From NCBI GenBank assembly GCA_964442785.1, contig CAYTZW010000001.1:14320-78319 (forward strand): DNA of 64,000 bases. Reading direction: 5' to 3'. A program made the translations under genes and the position numbers. Shown in pieces: positions 1-10,606 of this stretch. Within the stretch, counting starts at the first letter, position 1. The number at the start of each line of letters is the position of its first letter. The stretch is from an uncultured Erysipelotrichaceae bacterium. Lineage in GTDB: Bacteria; Bacillota_I; Bacilli_A; RFN20; DUOF01. The notes beneath the pieces are model-generated. The model searched no databases. It saw only the letters and a list, made by a program, of their open reading frames with translations, and was not told the origin of the DNA.

Positions 1-141
1 CTGCGTCTTCACTACGCAGATTAAATTATATAATAATAATTTTTATAAGTAAAGAAATAACAAAAGGAAAATTTAAATTATGTTAACAATAATGCATTGA
101 TAAAGATTTCATTTTGTTTTAAAATAACTCATATCTAGGAA

Positions 142-675
142 GTGAAGAATATGAATAAAACAATCAAAATAACTACTATCACCTTTGGTGTAATCGGTTC
201 TGTATTACTATGTATTGGTTTAATAGGAACTATTTTTTCCACTGATATCAAATCAAATATTTTTTATGATATATCTTTACCTTTCCTTTTTTGCTTTTTT
301 ATGGCTTCTACATTTATATTTACAAAATCAAACCACGTATATAGATTTTCAAGAGGACTTAATGCCTTAGCAATGTCTTTAGCAGTATCCTTAGTTGCTC
401 TAAATCCTAAAGATATAAATCCAAACTTTGTTTTTATTATAATCGGTGGTTCTTTATTATTTTATAACATTTGTGATATTCTCTTTAGAAAAATAAAATT
501 ACCTCAAATATTTATTGTCCTACCAATGATAGCTTTATTTATTTATGAAATAGTTAATTATTCAAAAAACAATACAACAGCCATATTAATAGGAACAACA
601 GGTCTAACTGTTTTCTTCGTATTACATCTAATTTACAAAAGTTTTCCAATATTAAAAACAAAAGAAGATGCTTAA
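142..675 (+). CDS. hypothetical multi-pass membrane protein
   Basis: 177-aa ORF with several hydrophobic segments and an RBS-like GGAAG upstream; no recognisable family. Confidence 0.4.
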   Translation: MKNMNKTIKITTITFGVIGSVLLCIGLIGTIFSTDIKSNIFYDISLPFLFCFFMASTFIFTKSNHVYRFSRGLNALAMSLAVSLVALNPKDINPNFVFIIIGGSLLFYNICDILFRKIKLPQIFIVLPMIALFIYEIVNYSKNNTTAILIGTTGLTVFFVLHLIYKSFPILKTKEDA

Positions 676-691
676 ACATCTTCTTTTTTCA

Positions 692-2476
692 TTATCCTAA
701 CTTAACTACATAATCAGTTTCTAAATCTATTTTATTTTCTATCTTTCCTACAAAACCAAAACTACTTTTTGCTTTAATCTGTCCTTCAATAAAAATCAAA
801 CTACCTCTAAAATCTATTTTTCTTTGAGCGTTATCTTTAATAACTCCTTCCTTTAAAATAGAGTTCACTACATTTTTAATCTTTTCAGAAGCATAATCAT
901 AATTTTCAAACAAAATAACTGAATTATAATTTTTCATAACACTATCAAAAACAGTATTTTGCTCATATCCAACATATCCTGGCATTGCTCCTAACATCTT
1001 ACTTACAGAAATGTTATCACTATATTCTTTTAAATCTAATTTCAAAAAAGAAAAATCTTCAAGTTCTAAAGAAAGGTCTTTAATAATCTCATTTTCTTTT
1101 TCACATAATAAGAAAACACTTACTAAAGGTTTATCTTTTTTTCTTTTCACATCTTTTAAAATGTGCAACAATTCATTGGTATTCAAATTAGGATATTTCT
1201 TTTCTAAAACAACTTTTATTTTTTCTATATTTTCTTCATTTATAAAAGATTTTAAGAAAGACTTTAAATATTCTTTCGTATTTTCTAAATCTAAATCCTT
1301 ATTATCATTTTTGGCTTTTACGCACAATACATCTAACAAATCAATAGCCTTATCTGGAAACATTCTATTCAAAATATAAGAAGATGAATATTCTACTATT
1401 TCTTCAATCGCAGCATCATCAATTTTAATATGATGATAATTTTCGTAATCTTTTTTAGTTTTTAAAAGAATTTCCTTTGTTTCCGAAACTGAAGATTCTA
1501 CTACTTTCAAAGTTTGAAATCTTCTTTGAAAAGCTTTTTCTTTTTCAATACTCTTACTATATTCGTCGAAAGTAGTCGCTCCTATACAATTTATTTCGCC
1601 ACTTGATAAATAAGGTTTTAGAATATTAGAAGCATCTATCGCACCTTCTGCTCCACCTGCTCCTACAATACTATGTATTTCATCAATAAACAAAATAATT
1701 TCTTTTTTATTTTTCACTTTTTTAATGATTTTCTTCAATTTTTCTTCAAATTCCCCACGATATTTTGTTCCTGCGACAATATCAGAAATATTTAATTGAT
1801 AAATAACTTTGTTTTCTAAACCTTTTTTAACATTTTTATTGTTAATTCTTTTAGCAAGTTCTTCAATAATTGCGGTTTTACCAACCCCTGGTTCACCAAT
1901 TAAAATAATATTTCTCTTGTTTCTTTTTAATAAAATATCTTGAATTTCATTCAACTCTTTTTCCCTTCCAATAAGTTTTGGATTATTCTTTAAAACTTTT
2001 TGATTTAAGTTAATTAAATCCTCAATATTTTCTCCATATTCACTTTTATTTTCTTCAACTTCTTTTTTTAATTGTTCGACATCTCCGTCTAAGCCCATTA
2101 TTATCTGCACGGCAAAACTATCAATATCGGAAAGCATTGCTTTAGTTAACCTTTCTATTTCTATTTGGTTTTCATTATTTTTTTTGCTTTCTTCTAATGC
2201 GGAATCGACAATATTTTTTAGATGCAGACTATATTCCATATAAACAGGTTTTAGATTTCTTAAAGGATTAATTTTTAAAATATTTTCTTTGATTTTAGAA
2301 TATGTAATTCCTTGTTTTTCTAAAAGTCTTTTAAAACAATAATTTTTATCTTTTGATAAAGATAATAGTAAATGTTCACTACCCACATTAATGTGTCCAA
2401 AATCATACGCTAAACTTTCGGCAATCGACATAATTCTTTTTGAACATAAAGAAAAACTAGATAGCATTAAATTCAA
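692..2476 (-). CDS. Clp-family AAA+ ATPase (ClpC/ClpE-like) with intact D1 and a degenerate second domain
   Basis: The N-terminus has two Clp_N-like repeats (MSIAESLAYDFGHINVGSEHLLLSL...). The D1 Walker A is GEPGVGKTAIIEELAKR and Walker B is ILFIDEIH. The C-terminal half aligns to ClpC D2 (GAMPGYVGYEQ, IDFRGSLIFIEG) but lacks both the GPTGVGKT P-loop and the DEIEK Walker B. Confidence 0.7.
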   Translation of the reverse strand: MNLMLSSFSLCSKRIMSIAESLAYDFGHINVGSEHLLLSLSKDKNYCFKRLLEKQGITYSKIKENILKINPLRNLKPVYMEYSLHLKNIVDSALEESKKNNENQIEIERLTKAMLSDIDSFAVQIIMGLDGDVEQLKKEVEENKSEYGENIEDLINLNQKVLKNNPKLIGREKELNEIQDILLKRNKRNIILIGEPGVGKTAIIEELAKRINNKNVKKGLENKVIYQLNISDIVAGTKYRGEFEEKLKKIIKKVKNKKEIILFIDEIHSIVGAGGAEGAIDASNILKPYLSSGEINCIGATTFDEYSKSIEKEKAFQRRFQTLKVVESSVSETKEILLKTKKDYENYHHIKIDDAAIEEIVEYSSSYILNRMFPDKAIDLLDVLCVKAKNDNKDLDLENTKEYLKSFLKSFINEENIEKIKVVLEKKYPNLNTNELLHILKDVKRKKDKPLVSVFLLCEKENEIIKDLSLELEDFSFLKLDLKEYSDNISVSKMLGAMPGYVGYEQNTVFDSVMKNYNSVILFENYDYASEKIKNVVNSILKEGVIKDNAQRKIDFRGSLIFIEGQIKAKSSFGFVGKIENKIDLETDYVVKLG

Positions 2477-2512
2477 CCTCCATATTCAATTTATGTTTTA
2501 ACACAAATAATT

Positions 2513-2550
2513 ATAGCCAAAAAAAAGATAGATAATCATTTTATCTATCT
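2513..2550 (-). terminator. intrinsic terminator after lysS (hairpin AGATAGATAA-N5-TTATCTATCT plus U8)
   Basis: A perfect 10-bp inverted repeat is followed in transcript orientation by an 8-T run. It sits between the lysS stop and the clpC-like promoter (TGGCTATAAT). Confidence 0.6.
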
Positions 2551-4072
2551 ATTGTCTTGGTTTCATAGTAGGGAAAAGAATTACTTCTCTAATTGTAGAA
2601 ACTTCTGCTACTAGCATAACAAGTCTATCAATACCAATTCCAACTCCCCCTGCTGGAGGCATTCCATATTCCAAAGCTTCTATAAAATCTTTATCCATAT
2701 CATTAGCTTCATCATTTCCAAGTTCTCTTTCTTTTAATTGATTTTCAAATCTTTCAACTTGGTCTAAAGGATCATTAAGTTCGGTATAAGCATTGCAATA
2801 TTCACTACCACATATAAATAATTCAAACCTTTGAGTAAATCTTTCATCATTAGGGTCTTTTCTTGTTAAAGGAGAAATCTCAATAGGGTGTCCAAAGACA
2901 AAAGTTGGTTCAATAATAGTTTCTTCAACATATTTTTCAAAGAAAGCATTTACAATATGTCCATATTGGAAATGTGGTTCAATTTCAATATCGTGTTCTT
3001 TTGCTAATTTTTTAGCTTCTTCTAAACTCATTTTATCAAAGAAATTAATTCCTGTTTTTTCTCTTATAGCATCAACCATATGAATTCTTTTAAATTTAGG
3101 TTCAAGGGAAACTTTATGTCCACGGCATTCAACTTCATAACTTCCTTTAGCGGCTAAAACAGCGGCTCCAAATAACCCTTCCGTTAAATCCATCATTCCT
3201 TCTAAATCAGAAAAAGCTTTATAAATTTCTACTGTTGTAAACTCTGGATTATGATTTTTATCCATTCCTTCATTTCTAAATAATCTACCAAACTCATAAA
3301 CAGCGTCCATTCCACCTACTAATAATCTTTTCAAAGGTAATTCAGTTGCTATTCTTAAATACATATCAATATCTAAAGTATTATGATGTGTAACAAAAGG
3401 TCGAGCACTTGCTCCTCCTAAAATAGTTCCTAAAACTGGAGTTTCCACTTCAGTATATCCTAAATTATCCAAGTAATGTTGCATTGCTCTAATAACTTTT
3501 GGTCTTAAAAAAGCTATTCTACGAGAATCTTCATTAACCATTAAGTCAACATATCTTCTTCTACTTCTTTCTTCAATATCAGCAAGTCCGTGGAATTTTT
3601 CAGGTAAAGGTCTTAAGGACTTAACTAAATGAGTATATTTACTAACTTTAATAGTAAGTTCGTTAGTTCTTGTTTTCATAAGTCTTCCTTCAATTCCTAC
3701 GATATCACCAATATCAGCTAATTTATATACTTGCCATTCTTTTTCTTCTAAAGCATCTTTTCTTAAATATGCTTGAATACTTCCTTTTTTATCTTGAATA
3801 AGAATAAAAGCCACTTTTCCCATATCTCTAATAGCCATTATTCTTCCTGCAATACTAGTTAAAACTTCACATTCTTCTAAATCTTCGTGTGTTTTATCAG
3901 CGTACTTTTCTTTCAAATCCAAAGAAAAATCTTTAACCTCATATCTTTGTCCAAAAGGATTAACTCCTAACTCTTCTAATTTTAATAACTTTTCTCTCCT
4001 AATAGCCTCTTGCTCAGGCATATCTTCATTAATTCTTAAATCTTCATATTTCATTTTCTCACCTATTTTCAT
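2549..4072 (-). CDS. lysS: lysine--tRNA ligase (class II)
   Basis: Full-length class II LysRS with an OB-fold N-domain, motifs FELFICGSEYCNAYTELNDP and GGVGIGIDRLVM, and the conserved dusB-lysS neighbourhood. Confidence 0.92.
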   Translation of the reverse strand: MKIGEKMKYEDLRINEDMPEQEAIRREKLLKLEELGVNPFGQRYEVKDFSLDLKEKYADKTHEDLEECEVLTSIAGRIMAIRDMGKVAFILIQDKKGSIQAYLRKDALEEKEWQVYKLADIGDIVGIEGRLMKTRTNELTIKVSKYTHLVKSLRPLPEKFHGLADIEERSRRRYVDLMVNEDSRRIAFLRPKVIRAMQHYLDNLGYTEVETPVLGTILGGASARPFVTHHNTLDIDMYLRIATELPLKRLLVGGMDAVYEFGRLFRNEGMDKNHNPEFTTVEIYKAFSDLEGMMDLTEGLFGAAVLAAKGSYEVECRGHKVSLEPKFKRIHMVDAIREKTGINFFDKMSLEEAKKLAKEHDIEIEPHFQYGHIVNAFFEKYVEETIIEPTFVFGHPIEISPLTRKDPNDERFTQRFELFICGSEYCNAYTELNDPLDQVERFENQLKERELGNDEANDMDKDFIEALEYGMPPAGGVGIGIDRLVMLVAEVSTIREVILFPTMKPRQ

Positions 4073-4108
4073 TACATTTAAAAATTATACTTGATAGTAA
4101 CTTTTTTT

Positions 4109-5086
4109 TCAATTTATATTATTTTCAATTTCATTTAAAATAGCCACTAAATCTTGATATTTCTCAATATTACAAAGTCTTACTTTATATGGATTAGCCG
4201 CTTTTATTCCTTTGATATAAAAACAAGATAAACTTCTCATTTCTTTCATTGCGATAATTTCTCCTAATTCTTCAATTAAATACGAAGCGTGTCTTAAACA
4301 AACTTCTTTTTTTTCTTGAAAACTAACATCTTTAAAATCTTCACCTTTAAGATAAGAAAGACAAGAAGCAAAAAGCCAAGGATTACCTAATGCTCCACGA
4401 CAAATCATTACTGCATCACAGCCAGTTTCTTCTAACATCTTTTTAGCATCTTCTTTTGTTTTTATATCTCCATTTCCAATCACGGGAATAGAAACATTTT
4501 CTTTTACAAGTTTAATATAAGACCAATCAGATTTTCCTTGATACAGTTGACTTTTTGTCCTAGCGTGTATTGCTATTGCACTTGCTCCTGCTTTTTCCAC
4601 TAATTTAGCAACTTCTAAAACATTAATGTGATTACAATCCCAACCTAAACGAATTTTAACCGTAACTGGAATAGAAACATTTGCGACAATTTCTTTTACT
4701 AATTCATATATTTTTTGAGGGTTTTTAAGCCAATATGAACCTGCTTTTCCTTTTATCACTTTAGGAGCAGGGCAGCCTAAGTTTATGTCTAAAATGTCTG
4801 CTTTTGACCTTTTTTCAATAATCTTAGCTGCTTCAACCATAGAATTTATTTCTCCTCCGAAAAGTTGAATAGCAAGAGGGTGTTCCTTATCTTTACTTTC
4901 TATCATTTTAAAAGTACGAGAACTATTATAAATCAAAGCCTTATCACTTATCATTTCACTATAAACCAAACCTACTCCAAATTCCTTAGCAATTTGTCGA
5001 TAAGAACTATTGGTATAACCCGCCATTGGACCCGCTACAATTCTATTTACAATTTCTACATTTCCTATTTTAAACAAAATAATCAC
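4109..5086 (-). CDS. dusB: tRNA-dihydrouridine synthase
   Basis: Dus TIM-barrel signature VAGPMAGYTNSSYRQIAKEFGVGLVYSEMISDKAL, with LGCP and CRGALGNPW motifs. Confidence 0.85.
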   Translation of the reverse strand: MIILFKIGNVEIVNRIVAGPMAGYTNSSYRQIAKEFGVGLVYSEMISDKALIYNSSRTFKMIESKDKEHPLAIQLFGGEINSMVEAAKIIEKRSKADILDINLGCPAPKVIKGKAGSYWLKNPQKIYELVKEIVANVSIPVTVKIRLGWDCNHINVLEVAKLVEKAGASAIAIHARTKSQLYQGKSDWSYIKLVKENVSIPVIGNGDIKTKEDAKKMLEETGCDAVMICRGALGNPWLFASCLSYLKGEDFKDVSFQEKKEVCLRHASYLIEELGEIIAMKEMRSLSCFYIKGIKAANPYKVRLCNIEKYQDLVAILNEIENNIN

Positions 5087-5166
5087 CTTAATTATTATAA
5101 GAAAAACTCATTAATAAAAAAAGAAATAAATTCCAGAAAATAAAAAGATGTAGAAATTTCTACACC

Positions 5167-5730
5167 TTATTTAACCTCATTATATTTTTCAACAGCAGCT
5201 TTTAAAATGTTAATATAAGCATCAGCAGTACCCGTTGCCCCAGTTTCTAAATCAGCAGGTTTATAAATACTTTTTCCACCTGTTCCACATTCATTTCCAT
5301 TATCACGATTACAAACAGCTTTGATATCTTCTTTTTTAGTATATTTAAGTTTATTAATTTCTTTAATACTTAAACCGTCTGTTCCAATATTAACATATTT
5401 GTTATAAAAAGTTTGAGCATCAGGAACACGTAAAGAACCATTTAACAAAGCTTTTCCATATTCTTCACTTTCTCCATTTTGATAAATAGAAACTCTAGTA
5501 ATAACATCTTTTTCAGAATTAATATAAACATACGCTCCTAAAACAAGAACACCGTCATTTACACCATTTGATTTAACATCACATTTATAAGTTGTATTAT
5601 CACTTTGTAATTCACAACTTACTTTACTAACACTACTTTCACTTAAAGTAACTTTACTTTCTTCTTTTCCACACGCTACCAAAGTCAACAATGTAGAACT
5701 TATCAATAATACTTTTCCTAACTTTTTCAT
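5167..5730 (-). CDS. lipoprotein of unknown function
   Basis: Signal peptide with lipobox LVAC|G (MKKLGKVLLISSTLLTLVACGKEE), followed by a soluble domain. Confidence 0.5.
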   Translation of the reverse strand: MKKLGKVLLISSTLLTLVACGKEESKVTLSESSVSKVSCELQSDNTTYKCDVKSNGVNDGVLVLGAYVYINSEKDVITRVSIYQNGESEEYGKALLNGSLRVPDAQTFYNKYVNIGTDGLSIKEINKLKYTKKEDIKAVCNRDNGNECGTGGKSIYKPADLETGATGTADAYINILKAAVEKYNEVK

Positions 5731-5783
5731 ATTTATCTCCTTTTAAGTATTATAACACCTATCAACTTTTTTAAAACCAAAAA

Positions 5784-6626
5784 TTAAGATAATAACTTTT
5801 TCAAATCTTCTTCATCAAAAACATATTCTTTACGACAAAAATTGCATTTAATATGACAACCTTTATCAACATTAATCATATCTTCGATTTCTTCATTTCC
5901 AATTAATTTAATTCCTGCAGCAAATTTTTCTTTACTACAATTACATTTATATTTTAAATCTATTGTTTGCATTACATAAAAATCTTCAAACATTTCTTTT
6001 AAAATATCTTCAATTTTTTTAGTTTTTAACAATTCATTCAAATTAGAAAAAGCCTTTACCCTTTCTTCTACTTTATCAATTACATCTTCTCCTGCATTTG
6101 GTAATATTTGAATAATATAGCCACCTGCTTTTTTTATATTTCCGAAGTCATTTAAAATTACACTTAATCCAACAACTGAAGGAATTTGCTCACTTGTATA
6201 GAAATAATAACTTAAATCATCTCCAATTTCTCCAGTTTGTAAAAGAACTTCGCCACCAAAACTTTCTTTCATTCCAACATTTTTGATAACTTTTAAAAAA
6301 CCTAAATCTCCAACAACTTCTTTAACTAAACCATTTTCACTTTCAGCGTGCGGATTAGACATAAAACATTTTACTTCACCTTTTCCATTAGCATCAGCCA
6401 TAATAGTACCTGCAGTACCATTACCATTTACTTGAATAGTTAATTGTTCTTCTCCTTTAAGCATCGTTCCCATAATGGCAGCACCTGTTAAAACCCTACC
6501 TAACGCTACACTAGCAACAGGATAACAATCGTGAATTTTACTTGCTTCTTGACAACTCAAAGTACTATCAGTTGCTAAAATTCTAATTTTATTATTAAGA
6601 GCTAAACCTCTAATTAAATAATCCAT
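5784..6626 (-). CDS. hslO: redox-regulated chaperone Hsp33
   Basis: MDYLIRGLA... start and C-terminal zinc centre CNC...CNFC, collinear with B. subtilis HslO. Its position next to ftsH is conserved. Confidence 0.9.
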   Translation of the reverse strand: MDYLIRGLALNNKIRILATDSTLSCQEASKIHDCYPVASVALGRVLTGAAIMGTMLKGEEQLTIQVNGNGTAGTIMADANGKGEVKCFMSNPHAESENGLVKEVVGDLGFLKVIKNVGMKESFGGEVLLQTGEIGDDLSYYFYTSEQIPSVVGLSVILNDFGNIKKAGGYIIQILPNAGEDVIDKVEERVKAFSNLNELLKTKKIEDILKEMFEDFYVMQTIDLKYKCNCSKEKFAAGIKLIGNEEIEDMINVDKGCHIKCNFCRKEYVFDEEDLKKLLS

Positions 6627-6676
6627 AAGTAACCCTCCAATTCAACTTTAATATTGTAACATTAATTATATTGTTG

Positions 6677-6706
6677 GAAAAGAAAAAGATTGGCTAATTA
6701 AGCCAA
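6677..6706 (-). terminator. intrinsic terminator after ftsH (TTGGCTAATTAAGCCAA hairpin plus U-run)
   Basis: Palindrome followed by a T-rich run in transcript orientation, immediately after the ftsH stop. Confidence 0.55.
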
Positions 6707-6726
6707 CCTTGAGAATACTAAGAAAC

Positions 6727-8664
6727 TTATTTTTCTTCGTTTGTTTCTTTATTTTCTTCTTTTTTAGCTTTTCTTGTTTTATTAACTTTAGGCATTTTTC
6801 CTTCTTCAACAATAGCTTTTATTTCTTCTCTTGTCAAAGTTTCTTTTTCAAGCAAAGCTTCTGCAATAAGAATTAATGTATCCTTATTTTCCTCGATTGT
6901 TTTTCTAGCTTTTTCATAACAAGTATCAATAATATCTCTTACTTCTTTATCAATTTCATAAGCAACTTGTCCTGAGAAATTTTTAGAAGTGTTCGCATAA
7001 TCTCTACCTAAGAAAACACTACCATTGTTTGTTTCATATTGAACAGGTCCTAATTTAGACATTCCAAGTTCTGTTACCATAATTCTAGCAATTCTAGTAG
7101 CGGCTTGAATATCTGATTGAGCTCCTGTAGTAACATCTTTAAAGAATATTTCTTCAGAAACTCTACCTGCTAGATAACTAGTTATTTGAGCTAATAATTG
7201 GCTCTTAGTTTGTAAAGTTTGGTCATCTTCTGGAGTCATAAGAACATAACCACCAGCATCTCCACGAGGAATAATAGTAACTTTTTGAACGACATTGGCA
7301 TCTTTAATCTTCATTCCAATTAAAGCGTGTCCTGATTCGTGATAAGCCACTAATTTCTTTTCTTTTTCCGTAACAATTCTACTCTTTTTAGCAGGTCCAC
7401 TCATTACTCTATCAATAGCTTCATCTAAATCTTCCATATCAATTTCACTTTTATTTGACCTAACTGCTAAAATAGCAGCTTCATTTAAAACATTTTCAAG
7501 TTCTGCTCCACTAAATCCTGGAGTTCTTCTAGCAAGATTTTCTAAGTTTACATCACTTGCTAACTTTTTATTTCTAGCGTGTACTTTTAAGATTGCTTCC
7601 CTTCCTTTTCTATCTGGTAAAGGAATTGTAATTTGTCTATCAAACCTTCCAGCTCTTAAAAGTGCAGGGTCTAAAACATCAGGTCTATTAGTAGCCGCAA
7701 TAACTAAAATTCCACTATTTTCTTCAAATCCGTCCATTTCAACAAGAAGTTGATTTAATGTTTGTTCTCTTTCATCGTGTCCACCACCAAATCCAGCACC
7801 TCTTTGACGACCAACAGCATCTATTTCATCAATAAAAATAATACAAGGTGCTGTTGCTTTAGCTCTAGCAAACATATCTCTTACTCTACTTGCTCCAACT
7901 CCAACGAACATTTCAACAAAATCAGAACCTGAAATAGAATAGAAAGGAACACCAGCTTCTCCTGCTATAGCCTTAGCAAGCAATGTTTTTCCTGTTCCTG
8001 GAGGTCCTTTTAAAATAGCACCCTTTGGAATTCTTGCACCCATAGCACCAAATTTCTTTGGTCTTTTCAAATATTCTACAAGTTCTTCCATTTCTTCTTT
8101 TTCTTCATCACAGCCAGCAACATCACTAAATCTAACTTTAGGAGCCTCTTCAAGTCTTGCTTTACTCTTTCCAAAATCAAAAGATGACTTATTAGAATTA
8201 TCTCTACCAACACTAGAACTAACCTTAGACAACATAAATATTCCTGCTAAAATAAGTAAAAGTGTAGGTGCTACAAATATTAAAATATTCAACCAAACAT
8301 CATTCTTGTTGGGGTCAATTACTTCTTCTGATAATCCAGAAATAGCATCAATCGCAGCATTAAGTCTTTCTTCACGTTCTTCACTAACACTATAAGAAAC
8401 AGAATAAGAATATTCTTTTCCATTAATGATAACTTTTCCATAAATCTTTTCACTAACACCTTCAACAATAGGTTTTCTCTTTAAAGACTTAAATTCAATA
8501 GTATCATCAGCAGGATCACTTTCTAATGCTTGAATTAATTCATTAATTGTATAATCCTTTTTATTGTCGCTTTTACCATTAGAATATAGTAAGCCAACTA
8601 CAAATAAAATAATTAAAATCCACGGTAATAAAAAACCAAAAGTATTTCTTTTTTTCTCTTGCAC
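6727..8664 (-). CDS. ftsH: ATP-dependent zinc metalloprotease FtsH
   Basis: Two N-terminal TM segments, AAA module [18 protein letters not shown] with DEIDAVGR, and the HEXXH motif HESGHAL. Confidence 0.95.
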   Translation of the reverse strand: MQEKKRNTFGFLLPWILIILFVVGLLYSNGKSDNKKDYTINELIQALESDPADDTIEFKSLKRKPIVEGVSEKIYGKVIINGKEYSYSVSYSVSEEREERLNAAIDAISGLSEEVIDPNKNDVWLNILIFVAPTLLLILAGIFMLSKVSSSVGRDNSNKSSFDFGKSKARLEEAPKVRFSDVAGCDEEKEEMEELVEYLKRPKKFGAMGARIPKGAILKGPPGTGKTLLAKAIAGEAGVPFYSISGSDFVEMFVGVGASRVRDMFARAKATAPCIIFIDEIDAVGRQRGAGFGGGHDEREQTLNQLLVEMDGFEENSGILVIAATNRPDVLDPALLRAGRFDRQITIPLPDRKGREAILKVHARNKKLASDVNLENLARRTPGFSGAELENVLNEAAILAVRSNKSEIDMEDLDEAIDRVMSGPAKKSRIVTEKEKKLVAYHESGHALIGMKIKDANVVQKVTIIPRGDAGGYVLMTPEDDQTLQTKSQLLAQITSYLAGRVSEEIFFKDVTTGAQSDIQAATRIARIMVTELGMSKLGPVQYETNNGSVFLGRDYANTSKNFSGQVAYEIDKEVRDIIDTCYEKARKTIEENKDTLILIAEALLEKETLTREEIKAIVEEGKMPKVNKTRKAKKEENKETNEEK

Positions 8665-8666
8665 AC

Positions 8667-9935
8667 TTATCCCTCCTTATTTACTTTTTCATAGATATAA
8701 ATTTCACAATCAAAATTTTCTCTACTCTTTGAATAATTATAATGCTTTGTCAATCCGCATACAAGTAAAATTAATCCTTGAGCATTAATTACAACAGGCC
8801 ATTTTTTTCTTTTAGACACTCCTATTTTATTATCTATAAAAACACGACTTATTTTTTTCTTTCCATTTTCTAGTTCAATATAATCATCTTCAAAATAAGG
8901 TCTTATAGTCAAAGGAAAATCTTCTTTTTTCAATTTCAACTGATGTTTTCCATCTCCAACTTTATAGACACTAAAATATTTACAATCAAATTCTCTTGGT
9001 CTATTTATCGTGTACAAATAATAATCAGGACTATCATTCTCTTGGATAGAGATTTTTTCATATTCCTTAACTAAACTTCTTTCTTTATCTAAAGGAATAA
9101 TTAAATTTGACTTATTTCCTTTTACTTGTTTTATTATATCTTTTATTGCCCTGATGCTAAAATTCTTCTTATTAATTAATTTAAAAAGGACACATTCTAT
9201 TATATCGTCATTTTCTTTAAACAATTCAAAAGAAATATTATTTTCACAAATATATTTATCATAAGCTTGGTCAACTACAACAAACTTTTCTTTTAATTTT
9301 TCATTTTCTATTTCAATTTTTTTCTTCAAGTCATACTTTTCTTCATTAGACATTTTATCTAAAATATGATGCCTTATTCTATTTCTTAAAAAATCATCAG
9401 TTAAATTAGAACAATCTATACTATAATAAATTTTATTTTCCATACAATACTCTAATAAATCATTTTTCAAAACATTTAAACAAGGTCTAATAACTCGCAT
9501 TTCATTAATATAACTTTCTTGTGCGATACCATAACATCTAGTATTTGTTCTTCTTTCTTTTTGAATGTAATAAGTTTCCAAATAATCATCTAAATTATGG
9601 GCAACATATAAAGCCTTAGCATTGTATTTTATATATAACTCTTTAAAAAAATCATATCGATAATTTCTTGCCCAATCTTGAAAGTTTCCAACTGCTTTTT
9701 CTCTAACAGTTTTAGTTTCAAAAATAAGGTTATTCTTTTGACAATATAGTCTTACATTTTCTTGTTCATTATCACTTTCTTCTCTTTTTTTATAGTTAAC
9801 TAAAGCAACAATAATTTGATATTTTTCATTTTTAAAAAAATCCAACATAGCCATAGAATCAGGTCCACCTGAAACCGCTAAAATAACATACGATTTTTCA
9901 TTAAAATTAGGACGAAAAACATTCATTAAGACCAC
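8667..9935 (-). CDS. tilS: tRNA(Ile)-lysidine synthetase
   Basis: PP-loop [10 protein letters not shown] at the N-terminus; position immediately upstream of ftsH as in Bacillota. No hpt lies between them. Confidence 0.8.
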   Translation of the reverse strand: MVLMNVFRPNFNEKSYVILAVSGGPDSMAMLDFFKNEKYQIIVALVNYKKREESDNEQENVRLYCQKNNLIFETKTVREKAVGNFQDWARNYRYDFFKELYIKYNAKALYVAHNLDDYLETYYIQKERRTNTRCYGIAQESYINEMRVIRPCLNVLKNDLLEYCMENKIYYSIDCSNLTDDFLRNRIRHHILDKMSNEEKYDLKKKIEIENEKLKEKFVVVDQAYDKYICENNISFELFKENDDIIECVLFKLINKKNFSIRAIKDIIKQVKGNKSNLIIPLDKERSLVKEYEKISIQENDSPDYYLYTINRPREFDCKYFSVYKVGDGKHQLKLKKEDFPLTIRPYFEDDYIELENGKKKISRVFIDNKIGVSKRKKWPVVINAQGLILLVCGLTKHYNYSKSRENFDCEIYIYEKVNKEG

Positions 9936-9972
9936 CCAAAAGAATTATAACATAATTATTCTTTTTTTTCAT

Positions 9973-10036
9973 TAAACTTCACTAAAATTATACTAAAATC
10001 ATCTTTAATTTTTCTTCTAGCTCTAAGAGAAATTTT
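9973..10036. repeat. direct repeat A (attL-like): orphan copy of the last 21 codons of the spoIIE-like gene
   Basis: 64 bp with 63/64 identity to 12296-12359. It encodes KISLRARRKIKDDFSIILVKF followed by NEKKE-stop, out of any gene context. Confidence 0.8.
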
Positions 10037-10039
10037 CAC

Positions 10040-10168
10040 CCTCCTTTTAATTAGTCAAACGTGTCTGGCTAATTTGTATTTTAGATATTAATTCCTTTAT
10101 AAAATTATCATATCTTTACCACATAACTATTAAGACTACTTTTAATAATTTTAGGACATTAAAAAACT
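10040..10168 (-). repeat. direct repeat B1 (promoter/5'-leader-like element, about 85% identical to B2)
   Basis: CCTCCTTTTAATTAGTCAAACGTGTCTGGCTAATTTG...GGACATTAAAAAACT matches 12026-12136 with one 17-bp indel. It abuts repeat A directly. Confidence 0.7.
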
Positions 10169-10204
10169 AAAGCGTCCACAATGCTCTAGTTTTATTACAA
10201 TAAA

Positions 10205-10606
10205 TCAATCTTTTCCTGTTACTACAATTTCATGTTTTAACAATAAATCTTTAAATTTTTTTTCCTCTATTTCACAATTATCTAATAAATCATAAATATC
10301 TATGTACCATCCAATATAATGAACCTCATCAAATGACAATTCATCTTGAGGTAACGTTGAGTCTATTAATGCAACTTCATATTTACACTCAAATAAATTC
10401 TTACCTACAATTTTAGAAAATTTTCTTTTTAATTTTGCATTTTCCATAGGATATCTACACAGGTGGTATTTTTTACCATTATAAGTAAAATCCATTCCCC
10501 AGCTAACTTCAAATTCATCATTATATTCACATGAATACTCTCTTATAAAATCATTTATATCATCATACACATCTGGTGCTCCATATGTTCCATCTTTTAT
10601 TCCCAT
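10205..10606 (-). CDS. hypothetical protein (islet cargo)
   Basis: 133-aa ORF (MGIKDGTYGAPDVYDDINDF...). An RBS GGAGG and a likely promoter lie upstream; no family recognised. Confidence 0.4.
   Translation of the reverse strand: MGIKDGTYGAPDVYDDINDFIREYSCEYNDEFEVSWGMDFTYNGKKYHLCRYPMENAKLKRKFSKIVGKNLFECKYEVALIDSTLPQDELSFDEVHYIGWYIDIYDLLDNCEIEEKKFKDLLLKHEIVVTGKD

Noticed and set aside
1011-1379. Numerous 60-165 aa ORFs antisense to or overlapping well-supported genes. Examples: 1011-1379, 4865-5143, 8564-8788, 11114-11658, 14705-14908, 15659-15886, 16157-16390, 21047-21331, 21966-22187, 23622-23918, 30206-30607, 32186-32389, 33602-33817, 34245-34448, 35411-35659, 36155-36751, 37353-37535, 39478-39696, 43098-43592, 47868-48236, 53316-53549, 56682-57011, 57112-57498, 57970-58155, 58979-59164, 61652-62389, 62998-63243.
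   Set aside because: In a 27% GC genome stop codons are rare on the antisense strand of AT-rich coding DNA. These ORFs are low-complexity (Ser/Phe/Leu/Ile-rich), lack RBSs and lie inside genes with strong homology support.
10040-10168. GGTCAAACG(C/T)GTCTGGC inside repeat B was considered as a CtsR operator (AGTCAAANANAGTCAAA), given the nearby Clp ATPase gene.
   Set aside because: Only one heptad matches and the second half-site is unrelated. No CtsR box precedes the clpC-like gene, whose upstream region holds only a lysS terminator and a -10 element.
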